Below are positions 18,934-30,101 of a stretch of DNA of 64,000 nucleotides, in pieces. Each line of letters opens with the position of its first letter. Position 1 is the stretch's first letter. Source of the stretch: an uncultured Planctomycetota bacterium (lineage in GTDB: Bacteria; Planctomycetota; JAJSAM01; JAKLKS01); the NCBI GenBank assembly GCA_964607145.1, contig CAZSIX010000002.1:139989-203988 (forward strand). Direction: 5' to 3'. The position numbers and the translations under genes were made by a program. The notes beneath the pieces were generated by a model, which saw only the letters and a program-made list of their open reading frames with translations, had not been told where the DNA came from and did no database searches.

Positions 18934-19263
18934 CTAGGAGAGATGACCGGCGATGAGCTTGGTCATCTCGAACATCGAGACCTGCTTCTTGCCGCCGAAG
19001 ATGGGCTTCAGCTTGTCGTCGGCGTTGATCATGCGGCGGTTCTTCGCGTCCTGGAGACCGTTCTTCTTGATGTAGTCCCAGATCTTCTTCGTGACCTCGG
19101 TGCGGGGCATCGCCTTGGCGCCGATCACCGCGCCCAGCGCCGCACTGGGGTTGAGCGCCTTCATGAAGGCCGGGTTCGGCTTCCGCTTCGCGGCCTTCTT
19201 CTTCGGCGCCGCCTTCTTCGCCGGTGCCGCCTTCTTCGCCTTCGCCTTCTTCTTCGCCGCCAA
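18934..19263 (-). CDS. SWIB/MDM2-domain protein with Lys/Ala-rich N-terminal tail
   Basis: C-terminal MPRTEVTKKIWDYIKKNGLQDAKNRRMINADDKLKPIFGGKKQVSMFEMTKLIAGHLS is a SWIB fold; N-terminal AAKKKAKAKKAAPAKKAAPKKKAAKRK. Start assumed at TTG 19261-19263 preceded by AAGGAGG; an alternative ATG (MKALNPS) gives a shorter protein. Confidence 0.75.
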   Translation of the reverse strand: MAAKKKAKAKKAAPAKKAAPKKKAAKRKPNPAFMKALNPSAALGAVIGAKAMPRTEVTKKIWDYIKKNGLQDAKNRRMINADDKLKPIFGGKKQVSMFEMTKLIAGHLS

Positions 19264-19421
19264 GAGTCCCTCCTTCTGGCCCTTGCGCCAAAGGGGTCGA
19301 TCCGGCCCCTCGCTACTGTTGGTGCGGGTCGGGCTACCCAGCCCGAACCCGACGACGAAATCTACGCCACGATTCGGACACTTTCCAGAGGGAAACGGGA
19401 GGGAGGACGCGCTTCGCCGAC

Positions 19422-21590
19422 TCAGAACTCGAGGGTGAGGGTCAGGACGAGGCCCCGGCCGGCGCCGTTGACCCCCGACCCGTGGAAGCGGTAGTCCCGG
19501 TTGAGGACGTTCTCCACGGCCAGGTCGAGGCGCGCCGCCGCCCCCAGGCGGAGCCCCCCGCGGATGTGGAGAACGCCGAAGCCGGGGGTCCCTCCGTCCG
19601 GGATGCGCGTGTCGGCGGCGTCGGCGGACGAGAGCCGGTCCTGCCCGTCGGCGGCGACGAACACCGCCTCGATGTACCAGCGGCGCTCCGTGCCCGACTC
19701 GTGGCGGAGCCACAGGGCCCCGAAGGTCGGCGGGATCTTCGAGAGCGGCTCGCCGGTGTCGCGGTGGGTGCCCCGGGTGAAGGTGATGTTGCCGCCGGTG
19801 CTGAAGCCGCCTCCGAGCAGCACGCGGAGGTCCGCTTCGAGTCCGTCGATGCGGGCCGTGCCGACGTTCCCGCGCGTGGTGTACGCCCGCCCCGAGCCGT
19901 CGGTGGCGGCGCCGCCGTAGGTCGTGGGGACCCGGTCGATGAGGTCGCGGAGGTGGGAGCGGTACCACGTGACGCCGCCGGAAACGCGATCCCGCTCCGC
20001 GCGCAGACCCATCTCCCATTGCGTGAGCGTCTCCGGATCGAGATCGCGGGCGGGCACGTCGAAGGAGGTGGAGGTGACCTGGAAGACGGTCAGGTCCTCC
20101 ACGTTGGGGGCGCGGAAGCCGCGGGAGATCCCGGTGTAGGCGCGGAAGCCGCCGCCGAGATCCCCGTGGAGGTGCGCGGCGCCGGTGACGTCGGAGAACG
20201 ACTCGGAGAAGTCCGCCAGGGGCGTGGCGTCGGAGGGATCGGGATCCACGTCCCGCGCGTCGATGCGGAAGCGGCTGGCCCGCACCCCCGCCACGGCGCG
20301 CAGGCGATCCGTGAGCCGGGCCTCGTCCTGCACGTACGCCCCCGCCGACGTGTAGGTCGCGGAGCCCGCGAAGGTCCCCCGGTCGAAGTCCGTGCGCGCG
20401 CCCGTCGTCACGTCCGTCCTCACGCGGTCGCTGGAGACGGAGTCGCGGTACCACTCGAGGCCCCAGGAGATCCGGTGCGCCTCGTGCGGGACGGTGGTGG
20501 CGCGCACCACGACCCCCGGCGTCGTCACGTCGTCGTTGGTGCGGTCCAGGTTGTCGCTGCCCGTGCGCCGCTCGAAGCGGCGCTCCGTCTGGCGGTGCAG
20601 GCTGACGGTGGTCTCCACCGCGCGCAGCAGGTCGGAACTCCCCTCCGCGCGGAGGGTCGCCGCGACGAGGTCCCGCTCCTGCTCCTCGATGCGCCAGACC
20701 GCGTTGCGCGTGCTGCCCGTTCCCCGCCAGCCGGTCACGAGGAACTGGGGGCGACGGACTCCCTCCTGCCGGACGTGCTGGGCCACGAGGTCGAGGGACC
20801 GCCCCTCTCCCAGGGCGAGGCGCGCCGCCATGTCGCCGTCGGTCTCGTCGTACCCCGTGAAGGGCTGCGTGTCCACGTGACGCCCGCCGCGGAGATCGCC
20901 GAAGGCGCCGATGCTCCCGCCGGCGAGCAGGCCGAGACCGGTGCTCCGCACGTTCCCCTCGATGCGGAGCCGCTCCGAGTCCTCGGCGGTGGCGTCCCGG
21001 TACGCGAGGCGCCCGCCCGCCGTGGCCGCGCCCTCCGCCAGCGGCTCCGCGCGCCGCGTGAGGACGCGCACGACGCCGCCTAGGGCGTCGCTCCCGTAGA
21101 GCACCGACGACGGGCCGCGGACCACCTCGATGCGTTCCACGGTCTCGACGTCCACCGTGGCCAGGTACTGGTTGGGGCCGCCCCGGTAGGTGGAGTTGTT
21201 GAGGCGCACGTCGTCGATCATGAGCAGCGTCTGCTTGCCGATGAGCCCGCGGAGGATGGGGGAGCCCTGCCCGTGGGTGGTCTTCTGGACGAAGATCCCG
21301 ACCTCCTCCAGCAGCGCCTCGGGGACGTTGCGGGACTGCCGATCGAGGATCTCCCGGCGGTCCACCACGGTCACGGCGAAGGGAACGTCGCCGACGGCGG
21401 CGCGCGTGGAGGTGGCGGTGACCTGGACCTCCGGGACCAGCGCCGCCTCGGGCTCCGGGGGCGGCGGATCCTCCGCCGGCGAAGGGGCGGGGAGGGGCGG
21501 TGGCGCGTCCTGGGCCAGGCCCGCGGGCGGGTCCGCCGCGAGGGCGGCGGCGGCGAGGAACAGGGGCAGGACGGGGCGGCGTCGATGCAT
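19422..21590 (-). CDS. TonB-dependent outer-membrane receptor
   Basis: 722 aa; signal peptide, plug domain (LLMIDDVRLN...RIEVVRGPSSVLYGSDALGGVV), C-terminal beta-barrel ending in aromatic residue (LTLEF). Confidence 0.9.
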   Translation of the reverse strand: MHRRRPVLPLFLAAAALAADPPAGLAQDAPPPLPAPSPAEDPPPPEPEAALVPEVQVTATSTRAAVGDVPFAVTVVDRREILDRQSRNVPEALLEEVGIFVQKTTHGQGSPILRGLIGKQTLLMIDDVRLNNSTYRGGPNQYLATVDVETVERIEVVRGPSSVLYGSDALGGVVRVLTRRAEPLAEGAATAGGRLAYRDATAEDSERLRIEGNVRSTGLGLLAGGSIGAFGDLRGGRHVDTQPFTGYDETDGDMAARLALGEGRSLDLVAQHVRQEGVRRPQFLVTGWRGTGSTRNAVWRIEEQERDLVAATLRAEGSSDLLRAVETTVSLHRQTERRFERRTGSDNLDRTNDDVTTPGVVVRATTVPHEAHRISWGLEWYRDSVSSDRVRTDVTTGARTDFDRGTFAGSATYTSAGAYVQDEARLTDRLRAVAGVRASRFRIDARDVDPDPSDATPLADFSESFSDVTGAAHLHGDLGGGFRAYTGISRGFRAPNVEDLTVFQVTSTSFDVPARDLDPETLTQWEMGLRAERDRVSGGVTWYRSHLRDLIDRVPTTYGGAATDGSGRAYTTRGNVGTARIDGLEADLRVLLGGGFSTGGNITFTRGTHRDTGEPLSKIPPTFGALWLRHESGTERRWYIEAVFVAADGQDRLSSADAADTRIPDGGTPGFGVLHIRGGLRLGAAARLDLAVENVLNRDYRFHGSGVNGAGRGLVLTLTLEF

Positions 21591-21722
21591 GGGCGGCCTC
21601 CGGGGACGGGAGTCGCCCCGCGGATCGCAATCCGCGGGCCGGTCACGTCCGCCGGGGCGACGGGCCCGTCGCCGCCGGCCCCTGTCGCCGAATCCGCCGC
21701 CCGTGGCGCGGGGCTGTCGGGG

Positions 21723-23144
<1,422 letters not shown>

Positions 23145-23282
23145 GGGGGTCTCCGGGGTGGCGAGGGCGGGACGGCGCCCAAGGTACGGCGGCACGGGGC
23201 GGCGCCGGGCAAAGATGCCCGTCGGGAGCGGGACCCGCGTGACCGGGTCACGGCGGGGGCGCGGCGGGCCAGGTCCGGCCGA

Positions 23283-24950
23283 CTACGTCCGGTTCCAGTC
23301 GAAGACCGGGCGCTCCGGTTTGCCGTACATGGTCAGCGCGCCGCGCTCGCCCACCGCGTTGGGCCGCTGGAAGATCCAGTTCTGCCACGCGGAGAGGCGG
23401 CCGAAGACCTTGGTCTCCGGCGTCTCGCGTCCGGCGAACCGGAGGTTCGCCTCCAGCCCGGTGAGGGAGTCCGGCGACAGGCTCACGCGCTCCTCGCAGG
23501 CCACGCGGACCTCGTCCTCGAAGTCGATGTCGTCCAGCGCGAACGTGACGAGGCCGGCCTCCTCGGCGGCGACCGCGGCGAGGGGTTGCGTCGCCGCGCA
23601 GACCTCGTCCGCCCGCGCCGCGTCCGCGAGGAAGCGGCTCTGGAGGCGGGTGAGCCCGTTCCCCATGGGAAGGGGTCCCCCGTTCATCGCGGACACGGCG
23701 ACGGTGACGGCGCCGGCCTCGTCCTCCAGCATGTAGGAGCGATCCGCCGCCAGGGCGGGCTCCAGGAGCGAGCCCGCGAAGCACGAGCCCCCGTCGATGA
23801 CGGCGAAGAGGGACTTGGCGGTGAGGTCGAGGCGACGGAGCGTGCGCGCCCGGAAGGCGATCATCTCGTCCGCGAACCAGTGGGCCCGCGCGGCGAGGAG
23901 CGCGCGGTCCCACTCCAGGACGCGGGCGACGTCGCCCCGGGTCTTCAGCAGGACGAGCCCGATCTCCAGGTGGTTGACCCGGAGCCGGAGGAGCGCGTCG
24001 TCGAACTCCCGCCATGCGCGCAGCGCCCAGGTCTCCGACCCCGCGGCGAGCCACGCGGGCCCGTCCGCCGGCGGTGCGGCCGCGGGCCCCTCGATGGTGA
24101 GGGTGGCGCGGCGGCCGGGAGCGTCCAGTTCCAGCAGGACGTGCCGGTAGCGGATCGCCGACGGGGTGACCTCCGGCGAGAGCGGCTCCAGGGGGACGCC
24201 GGGCCCGCCCCGGGAGGGGCGCTCGGCGCGGCTCGCCGCCGCCAGGGCGGCGCTCCGCTCCGCCACCACGGCGTCGAACCGGCTCCGCGGCGCCAGGGCG
24301 TCCACGAGGCCCCAGTCCACCGCGCGCTGCCCCTTGATGCCCTCGGCCACGGTGCAGAACACGTCGGCGCGATCCCGCCGGACCTTCCGCTTGTCCACCA
24401 CGCGGGTGAGTCCGCCGGTGCCGGGGAGCACGCCCAGCAACGGGACCTCGGGGAGGCTCACGGCGCTGTTCCCGTCGTCCACGAGGACGATGTCGTCGCA
24501 GGCGAGGGCCAGTTCGTACCCGCCGCCGGCGCACGTCCCGTTGAGCGCCGCCAGCGAGCGGAGGCCGCTGCGCAGGCTCGCGTCCTCCAGCGCGAGGCGC
24601 GTCTCGTTGGTGAACTTGCAGAAGTTCACCTTGAAGGCGTGGCCCGACGTGGCGAGCATGTTGATGTTCGCGCCGGCGCAGAAGATGCGGTCCTTGGCGC
24701 TGGAGACGACGACGCAGCGCACGCCCGGGTGCTCGAAGCGCAGGCGCTGGATGGCGTCCGCCAGTTCGATGTCCACGCCGAGGTCGTAGGAGTTGAGCTT
24801 CAGCCGGTACCCCTCGCGCAGCGGCGCGTCCTCCCTCACGTCCATGGCGAGGCGGGCGATCTCGCCGTCCACCGTGAGCCGCCAGTGGCGGTACCGGGAG
24901 GGATGCGTCTCGAAGTCCACGGCGGGGGCGGGCGCGGCGGCGTCGTCCAT
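23283..24950 (-). CDS. boxC: Benzoyl-CoA-dihydrodiol lyase (enoyl-CoA hydratase/isomerase superfamily)
   Basis: 555 aa; crotonase-fold motifs (RCVVVSSAKDRIFCAGANI, ALNGTCAGGGYELALACD) and size typical of BoxC. Confidence 0.85.
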   Translation of the reverse strand: MDDAAAPAPAVDFETHPSRYRHWRLTVDGEIARLAMDVREDAPLREGYRLKLNSYDLGVDIELADAIQRLRFEHPGVRCVVVSSAKDRIFCAGANINMLATSGHAFKVNFCKFTNETRLALEDASLRSGLRSLAALNGTCAGGGYELALACDDIVLVDDGNSAVSLPEVPLLGVLPGTGGLTRVVDKRKVRRDRADVFCTVAEGIKGQRAVDWGLVDALAPRSRFDAVVAERSAALAAASRAERPSRGGPGVPLEPLSPEVTPSAIRYRHVLLELDAPGRRATLTIEGPAAAPPADGPAWLAAGSETWALRAWREFDDALLRLRVNHLEIGLVLLKTRGDVARVLEWDRALLAARAHWFADEMIAFRARTLRRLDLTAKSLFAVIDGGSCFAGSLLEPALAADRSYMLEDEAGAVTVAVSAMNGGPLPMGNGLTRLQSRFLADAARADEVCAATQPLAAVAAEEAGLVTFALDDIDFEDEVRVACEERVSLSPDSLTGLEANLRFAGRETPETKVFGRLSAWQNWIFQRPNAVGERGALTMYGKPERPVFDWNRT

Positions 24951-25025
24951 GGAGGGGTCTCCCGTGCGGCCGGGGAATGGAACGGCCCCCGGGAGCGCTC
25001 CCCGGGGGCCGCTGGAACGCTCGGG

Positions 25026-25976
25026 CTAGGCCAGCGCGGCGACCTTCGCCTCGTACTCGGCCTGGGAGATCTTCCCGGCCTTGAGGTCGGCGTTGAGCGC
25101 CTCGATCTTCGCCTTGTCGGCCTTCTTCTTCGCCTCGATGGCGGCCTTGTCCGACTCGTAGGCCTTCTTGCCCTCCGCCTCGGCGGACTTGAAGACCGAC
25201 TTCAGCGTGTCCATGTCGGCCTTGCCGCCGGAACCGAAGTAGTTGTCCGCCATCCGCCCGATGGCCCACGTGGCGGCGTAGGAGGTCACCGCTCCCACGG
25301 CGCTGCCCCAGCCGGGGACGAGCTTCACCACGTTGGTGACCGCGATGCGGGCCCCCGTGCCGACGCCCACGCCCAGCAGCAGGCTCTTGGCGGCTTCCTT
25401 CGTCACGTGGTGGCCGTGGTACTGGCCGATGTCCCGGATGAGCTTGATCTGGATGCCCACGACGGCGAGGTCCGTGGCGATGGCGACGCCGGGGATGGGG
25501 AAGGCGCCGAGGATGGCGCTGAAGATGGCGTACTTCCGCGTGTCCTCGGTGATCTCCTTCGCCCGCTGCGCGGCGTCGTGGATGGCGTGGATGTCGCTCG
25601 GCAGCACCGTGTCCTTCGCCTCGGAGAACACGCGGCCGAGGAGATTGGAGTGCTCGACGGGGATGCCCAGGCCGGAGCGGATGCGCTCCAGGAGCGCCTT
25701 CTCCTCGGGGGTGGCCTTTCCGTCGGCGTTCACCATCCCGTAGGCGGCGTTGTAGACCCCCTGCTTCGCGTCGGGGGTGGCCACGGACTTCAACTGGGCG
25801 TCCAGGTCGCCGGGGGCGTCGATGAGCGAGTTGATGGTCGTCCCGGCGGGCAGCTTCACTCCCTCGAGGGCGGCGGCGATGGCGGCGCGCTCCTCCGGGG
25901 CGATGGTCCCGTCGGCCTTCGCGACGTGGACGAGGATGCGGACCGTGGCGAGCGCCTCTTCCTGCGGGTTCGGCAT
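25026..25976 (-). CDS. TerB-like N-terminal domain plus a possibly membrane-associated C-terminal domain (DUF697-like guess)
   Basis: MPNPQEEALATVRILVHVAKADGTIAPEERAAIAAAL (TerB-like); middle hydrophobic FPIPGVAIATDLAVVGIQIKLI; Lys/Ala/Glu-rich tail. AGGAGG RBS. Confidence 0.7.
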   Translation of the reverse strand: MPNPQEEALATVRILVHVAKADGTIAPEERAAIAAALEGVKLPAGTTINSLIDAPGDLDAQLKSVATPDAKQGVYNAAYGMVNADGKATPEEKALLERIRSGLGIPVEHSNLLGRVFSEAKDTVLPSDIHAIHDAAQRAKEITEDTRKYAIFSAILGAFPIPGVAIATDLAVVGIQIKLIRDIGQYHGHHVTKEAAKSLLLGVGVGTGARIAVTNVVKLVPGWGSAVGAVTSYAATWAIGRMADNYFGSGGKADMDTLKSVFKSAEAEGKKAYESDKAAIEAKKKADKAKIEALNADLKAGKISQAEYEAKVAALA

Positions 25977-26252
25977 GGCTGACCTCCTTCGTGTGATCGG
26001 GTGTTCCCGGACCGCCCGGTGGCGGCCCCGGCCTCGCGCGCCCTTCCCGTGGGTCCCGCGCGGGGGGGACCAGCATACCCCGCGAGCCGCGGGAATCGAA
26101 CGGCACCGCGGCCCCCCAATCCGTCGCCCCCGGGTAAAGTGCAAGCGACTTGACCCCGGGCCGGTCACCCCGACCCCCATGCGGCACCTCCCGCACTCCT
26201 GTTCTCGGTTGACGGATCCTCCGAACCATCCCAGACTCGACCGGCGATCTCC

Positions 26253-28940
26253 ATGTGGATGAACAGCAAGGTTCCCGCCGGTGCGTTCCGACCCGAGGCG
26301 CTCCTCGTCCACCGCGAGTGGATCGAGCGAGCGGCTCGTGCACTGGTCCATGGAGAGACCGAAGCGGAAGATCTCAGCCAGCAGGCGTGGCTCAAGGTCC
26401 TCCAGCATCCCCCGCCCTCGACGCCGGAGCGTCCTCGAGGCTGGTTCCGTTCGGTGCTCCGATTCACGGCGCTCGACCGGGCGCGGGCCGAGCGACGCCG
26501 GCGCAGGCACGAGACGGCCGCCTCCAACCGGGAGGCGGTGGAATCCACCCCTGAGAGCGTCCTCGCTCGCGCCGAGTCCCTCGACAGGGTGGCCCATGCC
26601 GTCTTCGCGCTGGAGGAGCCCTACCGCACCGCGGTGCTCCTCAGGTACTTCGAGGGGCTCGACCCCCGGGCCATCGCGGCCCGTCAGGGAGTTCCGCTGG
26701 AGACCGTGAGGACGCGCCTCAAGCGCGCCCTCGCCCTGCTTCGGGAAGGCCTGGAAGAGAGGAGCGGGGGCGAACGGGGGGCCTGGGCGCTCGCGCTCGT
26801 GCCCCTCCTTCGGGAGGCACCGGCGACTTCGACCGCCACCGTCGCAGGACCCGGAGCCGCCCTGGCGGCGGGGGGAGTTCTCATGGGGAAGAAGACGGTT
26901 GCCCTGCTCTTGGTGGCGCTACTCGCTGGTGGGGCCTGGTGGGGCCTCCGGACAGTCGAGCCTCTCGAAGTCGGCTCGGCTCTCCCCGGGACCGGAGGTG
27001 GTCCCGTCCCGCAGGTCCCTTCCCTGCCGATCTCGGCTCCCCCCTCCCCGCCGCCGACCGCGCCCCCTCCCTCCCGTCCTGCCCCGGCGGCCACGGGGCA
27101 GGTGACGGATCGCGAAGGCCACCCCATCCCTGGAGCCCGCGTCCTCTCGTTCCCCGATGACCTCCCGGTCCCGCTCGATCCCGCCTCCGTCCGGGGGGAG
27201 CAGGGGCCGGGGCGAGTCTCGATGGCTGACGCCGATGGACGTTTCTCCGTGACCCTCGCAGGCACGTCCCCCCTCTTCTCCATCCGCGCGGAGGCCGAAG
27301 GCTACGGACCGACATGGGCGTCCGGCGTACGACCCGGAAGCGATGTGGCTCTCACGCTCGATGGACCCGGCACGATCGTCGGGAGCGTGACCGACACCCG
27401 GGGCGACCCCGTGCCCGGGGCCGTGGTCCGCGTCGCCACTCTCGTGGATCTCACCCGGACGGCCAGGGAGACCACGACCGGCGCCGACGGCGCCTACCGG
27501 CTGACCGGAGTGCCCACGGCCCCCGGACTCTACTCCCTCGAAGTCTCGGCCCCTGGCCTGGCGACGGCACTGAGGGTGCTTCCGGAGACTCCCCGACCGG
27601 GGGAAGAGATCCGCTACGACGTCATCCTGGCCCGCTGGTGTGTCCTGCGGGGCCGCGTGCTCGATGGCAGGACGAACGAGCCCGTTCCCGGGGCCCGGGT
27701 GGTCCTTTGCGCCACCGCATGCACGGGAGGCGGAGGCTGGACCTCGAGCACCGGGAGCGGGGGCCGCCGGACCGACAACCCCGACGCCTGGAAGGCGCTG
27801 GGAGAGGCGACGACGGGAGCCGGCGGCAGCTACCGCATCGACCGCCTTCTCCCCGGCGGCATGAACCCCTGGCTCTCCGTGTACGCAGGGGCCCTCAAGG
27901 ACGGTTGGACTACCCAGCTCCTCCAGGTGACCCTCACCAACGCAGGCGAGGAGGCGGAACTCGATCTCCGCCTCTGGCCCGCGGCGACGATCGAGGGGCG
28001 AGTGTTCGAAGGCGAGCAGCCCGCCTCCGGGGTCACCGTGAGTGCCTCCATTGCCGGGACCGAGACCGCCTCCTGGTTTCCCTCCATGTACGGTGAAGTT
28101 CCCCTCTGGTGGAGCACGACCGACGGGGAGGGCCGATACCGCCTCCAGGGAGTCCCCGTCCCCGGACAGGGACCTGCAACCGCCGAGGTGAGGGCCTACT
28201 CGCGGAGCATGATGTTCCAGGTGGGCGGGAAGGCGGAACCCGCGGCCCGGGCGGAGATCGAGGTCCTTGCAGCGAAGACGACTTCCGTCCCCGACCTCGT
28301 CATGCCCGCGTTCCGCCCCGCCGCGGTGGACGTCGTGGTGGTCGATCGGGAGGGCCGCCCCATCGGCGGGGCGGAGTTCGTTGCGCCGGGATGCCCCACC
28401 AACCCCCGGACCGACGCGTCGGGGCGGGCCCGGCTTCTCTGGCCACCCGGCGATTCCCCCTCGCCTGCTCGCCCTGTCATCGTCCGGGCCCGTGGTTTCG
28501 GCCCGGAGGCGGTAGCGGTAGTGCCCGACGAAGCGGACCCGCCAGTCGTCCGTGTCGTCCTCGGACGTGGCCACACGCTGAAGGGGAGAGTCCTCGGAGC
28601 CGGCCCTGAACACAACGACCGTGTCCTGGTCCAGGTCGCCAATGGCCACCTGGCTCCCGAGGAGGCCTTCCGCCGGGCGATGGAGAGCTCCGGCGGCACC
28701 GCCACGATCCCGTCCTTCCCGCCGCTACGGGTGTACGCCTCCCTCGCTCCGGACAAGGACGGCCGCTTCCGCGTCGAGGACCTCCCCGATGGTCCGTGGT
28801 ACCTGAGGGCGGTCGCCTACCTCCCGGAGGATCCTGCGGAAGGGCTCCCCTCCCGCACCCGCGAGTCGCCCCTCGTCACAGCAGGACCCGAATCCGGGGA
28901 GGTCGTCATCGAGATCCCAGCCGATCCCACGCCGAAGTAG
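26253..28940 (+). CDS. ECF sigma-70 factor fused in one ORF to a transmembrane segment and a large periplasmic carboxypeptidase-regulatory-like beta-sandwich region
   Basis: N-terminus: sigma-70 region 2/4 (EDLSQQAWLKVLQ..., LEEPYRTAVLLRYFEGLDPRAIAARQGVPLETVRTRLKRAL). Then TM helix KKTVALLLVALLAGGAWWGL. Then repeated DxxGxPIPGARV / TDGEGRYRL-type modules. No stop between the domains. Confidence 0.75.
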   Translation: MWMNSKVPAGAFRPEALLVHREWIERAARALVHGETEAEDLSQQAWLKVLQHPPPSTPERPRGWFRSVLRFTALDRARAERRRRRHETAASNREAVESTPESVLARAESLDRVAHAVFALEEPYRTAVLLRYFEGLDPRAIAARQGVPLETVRTRLKRALALLREGLEERSGGERGAWALALVPLLREAPATSTATVAGPGAALAAGGVLMGKKTVALLLVALLAGGAWWGLRTVEPLEVGSALPGTGGGPVPQVPSLPISAPPSPPPTAPPPSRPAPAATGQVTDREGHPIPGARVLSFPDDLPVPLDPASVRGEQGPGRVSMADADGRFSVTLAGTSPLFSIRAEAEGYGPTWASGVRPGSDVALTLDGPGTIVGSVTDTRGDPVPGAVVRVATLVDLTRTARETTTGADGAYRLTGVPTAPGLYSLEVSAPGLATALRVLPETPRPGEEIRYDVILARWCVLRGRVLDGRTNEPVPGARVVLCATACTGGGGWTSSTGSGGRRTDNPDAWKALGEATTGAGGSYRIDRLLPGGMNPWLSVYAGALKDGWTTQLLQVTLTNAGEEAELDLRLWPAATIEGRVFEGEQPASGVTVSASIAGTETASWFPSMYGEVPLWWSTTDGEGRYRLQGVPVPGQGPATAEVRAYSRSMMFQVGGKAEPAARAEIEVLAAKTTSVPDLVMPAFRPAAVDVVVVDREGRPIGGAEFVAPGCPTNPRTDASGRARLLWPPGDSPSPARPVIVRARGFGPEAVAVVPDEADPPVVRVVLGRGHTLKGRVLGAGPEHNDRVLVQVANGHLAPEEAFRRAMESSGGTATIPSFPPLRVYASLAPDKDGRFRVEDLPDGPWYLRAVAYLPEDPAEGLPSRTRESPLVTAGPESGEVVIEIPADPTPK

Positions 28941-29025
28941 ATCCCGTTGAGTCCGTTCCTCCCTCCGCCTCGGCTCGCTTGCCCGTTGAACCGGCGCGGC
29001 TCACGGGGGGTTGCCTCGCAGCCTT

Positions 29026-29229
29026 TCAGTCCAGCGGGATGACGTTGGCGGCGCGGAGTCCCTTGTCCCCCTGCGTCACCTCGAACTGCACCTTCTGGCC
29101 GTCGCGGAGGGTCTTGAAGCCCTCCGTCTGGATCGCCGAGAAGTGGCAGAACACGTCCTTGCCGTCATCCCCGGAGATGAACCCGTAGCCCTTCTGGTCC
29201 GAGAACCACTTGACCGTGCCGGTCGCCAT
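29026..29229 (-). CDS. cspA: Cold-shock protein, CspA family
   Basis: [33 protein letters not shown]; AAGGAGG RBS; long 5' leader. Confidence 0.95.
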   Translation of the reverse strand: MATGTVKWFSDQKGYGFISGDDGKDVFCHFSAIQTEGFKTLRDGQKVQFEVTQGDKGLRAANVIPLD

Positions 29230-29421
29230 CGCTGAGACCTCCTTGCATCACCCGCGGAGCGGGCTGAAACCACCCCCTCGCGGGGGCAAAAAAATGACCG
29301 CGACACCACGGGGCGCCGCGGTCGACCAGTGCCGGAGAGGTGCGTCCGAGGCCTGCATTCCGCGGGGAGCGTATCGGTCCTTCTCGGAGCGTTGCAAGGG
29401 GAAAGTCGATGGCGGCGGGCG

Positions 29422-30006
29422 CTACACCGCCACCAGTTCGATCACCTCCGGCACGCGCTCCTTGAGGCGGGCCTCGATGCCCTGCCGGAGGGTCGCCGTG
29501 GAGGACGGGCACCCTGCGCAGGAACCCTGGAGGACCACGCGCACGACGCCGTCCTCGTAGCCCGCGTAGATGATGTCGCCGCCGTCCCCCTGCACGTAGG
29601 GGCGGACCTCCTCGAGGACCTCCAGGATCTTCCGCTCCGCGTCGGAGGTGGGCGCGCCGGCCTGCGCCGACCCCTTCGGCAGGACCGGCTCGCCGGACTT
29701 CAGGTGCTCGCGGATGGCGGTCCCCACGCGGCGGGCCTCCTCCGGCCAGCGCTCCTCGTCCTCGCGGCTCACGGTCACGAAGTTCCCCGCCACGAAGACC
29801 CCCGTGATGGACCCCAGCGCCCAGATGCGGCGGGCGAGGGAGGACTCCTCCGCCTCCGCGGCGGTCCGGAACTGGGCGGTGCGCCCCTCCAGCAGCGGAC
29901 GGTCCACGGTGAACTTCAGGCTCTTCGGGTTCGGGGTCGCGGCCGCCAGGATGCGGACGTGATCCCCCGGCGGCGGTCCGGCGGGCGTCGGCGCGTGCTC
30001 GTGCAT
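29422..30006 (-). CDS. nfu: NifU/Nfu-type Fe-S cluster scaffold/carrier protein
   Basis: Nfu_N-like N-terminal part and C-terminal NifU domain with CxxC (LQGSCAGCPSSTATL). Confidence 0.8.
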   Translation of the reverse strand: MHEHAPTPAGPPPGDHVRILAAATPNPKSLKFTVDRPLLEGRTAQFRTAAEAEESSLARRIWALGSITGVFVAGNFVTVSREDEERWPEEARRVGTAIREHLKSGEPVLPKGSAQAGAPTSDAERKILEVLEEVRPYVQGDGGDIIYAGYEDGVVRVVLQGSCAGCPSSTATLRQGIEARLKERVPEVIELVAV

Positions 30007-30041
30007 GGGCGTCTCCTCTCGCCCGCCATCCTACCCCCTCC

Positions 30042-30076
30042 AACTCGCACGCATCATTCCGGGAATGATGTCGTCG
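30042..30076. repeat. 35-bp element copy 1 (AACTCGCACGCATCATTCCGGGAATGATGTCGTCG), contains palindrome TTCCgGGAA; intergenic between nfu and the kinase gene
   Basis: Matches 41201..41235 at 34/35 positions. Confidence 0.7.
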
Positions 30077-30101
30077 CGTTGGTTCGTAGGATGGCGCGCC
30101 C

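Noticed and set aside
29250-29290. Hairpin CCCCCTCGCGGGGG followed by A7 as a rho-independent terminator
   Set aside because: On the plus strand it is followed by an A-run, and on the minus strand the U-run precedes the hairpin; it lies inside the cspA 5' leader, so more likely a leader structure than a terminator.
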